DNA from: Octopus sinensis
Taxonomy: Eukaryota
Length of the DNA stretch: 26,370 nucleotides
Direction of reading: 5' to 3'
NCBI RefSeq assembly: GCF_006345805.1
Contig: NW_021835641.1
Span: 1 to 26,370, forward strand
Under the pieces are notes generated by a model, which made no database searches, was not told the DNA's origin, and saw nothing but the letters and a program-made list of their open reading frames with translations. Positions 20,851 to 26,370 of this stretch are shown here, piece after piece. Both the position numbers and the translations under genes were made by a program. Position 1 is the stretch's first letter. Every line of letters begins with the position of its first letter.

Positions 20851-21147
20851 ATAATTAGGGTTCAGCTAACTGTTTCACCACATACCGAAATTAGAAAAAG
20901 GAGTTAAAAATTCCTTTTCTGCTACTGTAAGAATCTCCATGAAGGTAAACATACTTTTTCACGAAGACAAAGAGAAAAACAATGAATCAATTAATCCTGG
21001 TCGTGTTGATTAATTGTTTTTTCTCTTTGCCTTCGTAAAAAAAGTATGTTTACCGTCATGGAGATTCTTATAGTGGCAGAAAATGAATTTTTAACCCCTA
21101 TTTCTAATTTTGGTATGCGGTGAAGAAGTTAGCTGAACCCTAATTAT
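20851..21147. repeat. Palindrome, ~140 bp arms, unclassified element
   Basis: ataattagggttcagctaac..caattaatc / gattaattg..gttagctgaaccctaattat with an 11 bp spacer (20997-21007). Confidence 0.85.
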
Positions 21148-21215
21148 ATCGCCATGATAGATCGTTAGCCACTACACACATTTTTTTTCTCTCCTTGTTT
21201 TTTTTTTCTGTGTCC

Positions 21216-21251
21216 CTTTCTGTAGAAGAGCGTAGGCTCGAAACGTAAAAG
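21216..21251 (+). ncRNA. Minimal type I hammerhead-like motif with A6U core variant
   Basis: CUUU-CUGUAGA-A-GAGC(GUAG)GCUC-GAA-ACGU-A-AAAG; palindromic stem III ACGU, GUA triplet. Confidence 0.6.
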
Positions 21252-21363
21252 ACTTTTTCTATTCCTGAGCGTTATACTAAAACATCTGTTTGTTGTCTAC
21301 ACCACCTGTCTTCGTCTTTTTTTTTTTCGTAAACTCTCCCTACATATATCAATTTATCTATCT

Positions 21364-21470
<107 letters not shown>

Positions 21471-21562
21471 GTGGATGCCGTATATTGAAATAAACCAGCA
21501 TTTACTGAAAAAAAAAACACTATACTATTTCTCAACATAAGACTATACTATTTCTTACGTCA

Positions 21563-21730
21563 GAGTGCAGGTGCTGTATACTCGAATGATTAAGAGGCTT
21601 GCTTCGCAAACACCAGGTCCCAGGTTCGATTTCACGACAGGGCGTCTTGGACAAATGTCATTTTCTATAGCTGCGGATCGACCCATACCTTGCGAGTGAA
21701 ACTTCCTAGACAGAAACTACGCAGAAGGCA
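21563..21730 (+). mobile_element. Old, diverged SINE B-like head
   Basis: gcttgcttcgcaa..caggttcgattt..cttggacaaatgtcattttctatagc. Confidence 0.6.
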
Positions 21731-21899
21731 TTAAGATATATCACATATGTTTGGGGCATATTCGAACCCCTAAGACAGCTATTCACTGTATTTAGTCATG
21801 GGGAAAATTTCTTGTTGTAGACAATAGGTGTAAATACACCTAAAATCAGCTCGCAGCGCCACCTACCGAGATTGTGAGATTACAGAAGTTTGCATTAAT

Positions 21900-22184
21900 T
21901 GGATAGATAGAAAGATAGATATACAGATAGAAACATACATACATACATACATACATACATACATACATACATACATACGTACATACATACATACATACAT
22001 ACATGCATGCATACATACATACATACATACATACATACATACATACATCATACATACATACATACATACATGCATACATACGTACGTACATACATATATA
22101 CATACATAATATATACATACATACATAGACAGACAGGTAGATAGATAAACAGACAGACAGGTAGATAGATAGACAGACAGACGA

Positions 22185-22278
<94 letters not shown>

Positions 22279-22340
22279 GACAGACAGAGAGACTGACTGA
22301 CAGACAGACAGAAGAACAGATACACACTGGCACAAGAAAC

Positions 22341-22373
<33 letters not shown>

Positions 22374-22400
22374 AAGACAGATAAACAACACACATATACA
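21900..22400. repeat. Compound microsatellite (ACAT)n/(AGAC)n/(AGAT)n
   Basis: Direct reading of the sequence. Confidence 0.95.
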
Positions 22401-22959
22401 TGATTGTGTGCGCACGCGTGTGGATGTGTGTCCGTCATTCAATACACCACGCCTTAGATAATTTAATCCGACTGAACAGACTTCAGATCAAAGATGTTCC
22501 AACCGTGACCATGCCAACTGTTATGAATGGATTATATACTCCTAGATGTAGCCAACACATTGGATAACACAGCACCAGATTCAGACGCGGGGCATCCAGT
22601 ACAACATCACCCAATGTTACATTTTACCTCTTAAAACAACAGGTTATGTTTTGAGGGTGATTTCTCTGCTATTTCGAAGAGGTGGAGCCAACGCCATAGA
22701 GTTGTCCCTCGTTGGTTCGTAATACAAGCCGTAAAATATCGAGGAGGAAACAGCACCTCTATTTGGATTTGGTTTCTAAGAAAAACAGTCGTGATGAGAA
22801 GAACAACATTTTAAAAAGTTTCCAGTGTAAAAGCTTGTTTACATAACCACGTTGTCATATGGTTTTTCTGTTTGGCAGACACCCTGTGATAGCCCTGTGA
22901 TAGCCCGAGTCACTCTGTAGGGGTACGCGTTCGTTCAGTGTTTGATCATGTGGGACTAC

Positions 22960-22963
22960 ATAT

Positions 22964-22996
<33 letters not shown>

Positions 22997-23004
22997 TGTA
23001 TATA

Positions 23005-23049
<45 letters not shown>

Positions 23050-23380
23050 TATATACACATATATATATATATGTATGTATATATATATATATATGTATGT
23101 ATGTATGTATGTATGCATGTATCTATGTATGTATGTATGCGTGTTCGTATGTGTGTGTGTACGCGTGCCTTGTATCATCATATGTATACATATACACATA
23201 AGATGATACATGTACATATATAAATACATACATGCATTTATATATACATACATATATATATATTGATATGTTGATATGAGTGTGTGCATTTATATATATA
23301 ATAGTGTATGTGCATATATATATACATTCATACAAATGCACATTCTTAGTAAATACATATAGATGGTTCATTATATATAT

Positions 23381-23427
<47 letters not shown>

Positions 23428-23465
23428 GTACGTTTATATATTGCTGTGCAAGATTTTTTATATAT
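22960..23465. repeat. Compound (AT)n/(GTAT)n low-complexity region
   Basis: Direct reading of the sequence. Confidence 0.9.
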
Positions 23466-23547
23466 ATGTGTGTGAGTTTTCAGGACATTTATAAGGAAAG
23501 AGATATAGTCTTCTCAAATATCTACCTCTATTTAACCATCTCACATC

Positions 23548-23595
23548 GTCTCTGATGAAGGGATATCCACAATATCCCAGAAACAGCTGTAAGAA
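23548..23595 (+). ncRNA. Type I hammerhead ribozyme motif
   Basis: GUCU-CUGAUGA-A-GGGAUAU(CCACA)AUAUCCC-A-GAA-AC(AGCU)GU-A-AGA; intact core, palindromic stem III ACAGCUGU, 3 bp stem I, predicted cleavage after 23591. Confidence 0.7.
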
Positions 23596-23892
23596 TATAT
23601 CTATATGCATGCTAATACAAGACCCACATTAGACTCCTCACTCGAACCAAGAGTTTATCCACAGTCTGTCCATAGCACTTACTTAGTGTTACCTGCCATT
23701 TTTTGGGTCTTCTAGATAAATGTTTCTTTTTTTGTTTTTCTGTACACAAATGTGAAAATGAATAATTGTTTAACTCCAGATTATTTCCCTTCTAATAAGC
23801 ACTGTTATATGTGTCCCCTACAAACGTATTCCCTACAATGCGCATACCATATAGTGTATATTCTCTGTGAAGCAGAGAGAGAGAAGGGGGTG

Positions 23893-24379
<487 letters not shown>

Positions 24380-24532
24380 TTTTTGATATATATGTAGTAG
24401 GAGATCTGGTTGATTGAGTATTGACGTCAGTAAAATTATATGTAAACATCCCAGGGTTTTCAAGTGATGACGTCAACTCTGGTCTATCCAATCAGATTTT
24501 TGGCCTTGTGTAAAATAAAAATAAAAGTATAG

Positions 24533-24943
24533 GGCGCAGGCATGGCTGTGTGATAAGGGGTTTGCTCTCCAGCCACGGTTCCGGGTTCTACCTTGTGATT
24601 GGATTTAGTAGACGGAAACTGAAAAGACCATCGTAGTATATATATATATATAATATATATATATATTATATATATATATATATATATTGTGTGTGTGTGT
24701 GTGTTTGTGTGCGTTTATGTTTGTGTTTGTCCACCACCACCGCTCGACAACTGATGCTGGAGTACTTACGCCCCCATAACTTAGCGGTTCGGCAAAAGAG
24801 TAACCGAGAGAATAAATACCAGGATTTAGAAAAGCAAATATTTATTTGACTAGATTTATTTGATTTATTTGACTAGAATTCTTCAATGCGGTGCCCCAGC
24901 ATGGCCGCAGTCTCATGACTGAAATAAGAAAAGATTAAAAGAT
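24533..24943 (+). mobile_element. SINE family B, internally deleted head, with internal microsatellite
   Basis: ggcgcaggcatggctgtgtg..gcggtgccccagcatggccgcagtctcatgactgaaa. Confidence 0.8.
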
Positions 24944-24944
24944 C

Positions 24945-25057
24945 ATCGGCAACCTACCCGACCCGTCTTGAAACACGAACCGAGGAGTCCCAGTCGACTG
25001 CGAGTCGTTGGAGACTTTTACTTCGCGAACTCCGACGGCACAGCCAAAGCGAAAGGC
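24945..25057 (+). rRNA. 28S rRNA fragment (non-functional dispersed copy, core segment around D3)
   Basis: TCGGCAACCTACCCGACCCGTCTTGAAACACGAACCGAGGAGTC matches the conserved eukaryotic LSU motif CCCGACCCGTCTTGAAACACGGACCAAGGAGTC; downstream helix GTCGTTGGAG/CTCCGACGGC pairs fully. Confidence 0.85.
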
Positions 25058-25160
25058 AAAGTCGACCTCAGCGGAATTTGAACTCAGAACGTAACGGCAG
25101 ACAACATTCGGCTACGCATTTCGCCCGGCGTGCTAACGTTTCTGCCAGCTCGTCGACTTA
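25051..25160 (-). mobile_element. SINE family D, 5' half
   Basis: gaaaggcaaagtcgacctcagcggaatttgaactcagaacg..ctgccagctcgtcgactta. Confidence 0.85.
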
Positions 25161-25389
25161 ATAATAATAATAATTCTTTCTACTGGAAGCACAAGGCCTC
25201 AAATTTGAGGGAAGGGATTAAGTCGATTACATCGACCTCCAGTGTTTCACTGGTACTTAATTTATCGACCTCGAAAGGATGAAAGGCAAAGTCGAACTCA
25301 GTTGAATTTGAACTCAGAACGTGAAGCAGGGTGAAATACCGCTAAGCATTTTGTCCGACCTGCTAACGATCCTGCCCGCTCGCCGCCTT
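25161..25389 (-). mobile_element. SINE family D, full length with (TTA)n tail
   Basis: Collinear with the other D copies. Confidence 0.88.
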
Positions 25390-25840
25390 TAAATTGGAAG
25401 CAATAATTGATATCAGTAGCTCCATGTCAAACCCGCCCCTATCAATAAAACTTTTATTAATACCTTCTGGTATTAATATCTCGAGGCACGCCCAGTAATG
25501 TAAATTGAAGATCTTTGTCCTTTTCTATTAGTTTAATACAAAGAATAGTGACAGTTCTAATAACCCCCTGCTGATTCTCCGAGAAACGGAATTAAAAATA
25601 AATGTTGCGAAATTGGTACCGACAGCCAGTCATTTTGCCCATCAGGAAATTATTGGGTTTTTTTTATTGTTGTGGACGATGAGAGATAAAAGACAGCGTT
25701 TCCTAATCTAGGGGCTGCGATCTAAATTAGGTAGCGCTTTAATTCTGAAAGGATCGCGAAGCGAAATCTTTCACTTTTTTCAAGATATTTGCTGAAATGC
25801 GTAAAAATGTAAAATGTTTGTAATGAATATGATGCGGGCA

Positions 25841-25999
25841 ATTGGCCGTGTAGTTCAGAAGCCCGCTTTGCAACAATGTGGGTTCAGGTTCATTTCCACG
25901 ACGCAGCACCTTGGGCAAGTGTCTGCTACACAAGCCCTGAGGTGGGCCAATCGATTGAGAGTGGATTTGGTAGGCAGAAATTGCATCGGAAGCCTGTCC
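25841..25999 (+). mobile_element. Diverged SINE B head
   Basis: gcaccttgggcaagtgtctgctac..gagtggatttggtaggcagaaa. Confidence 0.7.
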
Positions 26000-26027
26000 T
26001 ACATACATACATACATACATACATACA

Positions 26028-26063
<36 letters not shown>

Positions 26064-26064
<1 letters not shown>

Positions 26065-26280
26065 ACGATGGGGTAGCTGAAAAGTTCCTGGCTTTGGGTA
26101 AAAGGAAATACAGGAAGATCAGTTAATTATGATTTTATTCAACATATTCTCCTCTCAGTTTCACACACTTATTGCAGTGATCCCTCAGTTTTTCTAAGCC
26201 CAGTAAAAGATCTCAGAAGATTGGGATTCCAACCAAGCCTTTCGCGATATCCTTAAACCTAGGAACTCTTCAGCACTCCA
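26064..26280 (-). pseudogene. Mariner transposon right end: TIR plus transposase C-terminus remnant
   Basis: TIR-like cacgatggggtagctgaaaagttcctggc at ~26064-26092; the minus strand encodes (frameshifted) AWLESQSSE..GLEKLRDHCNKCVKLRGEYVE* with the stop at 26135-26137, the typical mariner C-terminus (W-x-K-C-V/I-x-x-x-G-x-Y-x-E). Confidence 0.85.
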
Positions 26281-26370
26281 CATACATACATACAAACATA
26301 TACAACAAATTAGAAAGGGTGACTTATTAGCAATTAGAACCTAAAGGCAACATTAATAGAGTTCTAAAAA

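Noticed and set aside
22880-22905. ccctgtgatag duplicated in tandem
   Set aside because: An 11 bp slippage duplication inside an unclassified repeat-like segment.

Overview
AT-rich, repeat-saturated metazoan DNA, most likely intronic or intergenic sequence from a coleoid cephalopod (Octopus-like). That assignment comes from recognising the SINE families and the microsatellite density, not from a database search. No intact protein-coding gene is supported; nearly all listed ORFs are microsatellite or repeat artefacts. SINE module names used here (heads A/B/C/D, tails W/Y/Z) are my own working labels. Contents: about 25 tRNA-head SINE copies or fragments built from shuffled head and tail modules; decayed hAT, mariner and RTE-type LINE coding fragments; a 28S rRNA fragment; three long palindromes; one candidate exon. 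Two things stand out. (1) A ~5 kb head-to-tail array of 20 SINE copies (~249 bp unit, 10166-15142) whose ordered variant blocks fit unequal-crossover expansion from two different adjacent SINE copies; an independent SINE trimer at 19347-19915 has the same geometry. (2) At least six loci with type I hammerhead ribozyme motifs beside (AT)n tracts, typical of Penelope-like element termini. One is fully canonical (3866-3938), two have core variants (U4C, A6U), and several sit at the centre of inverted repeats. SINE boundaries are approximate to a few bases.
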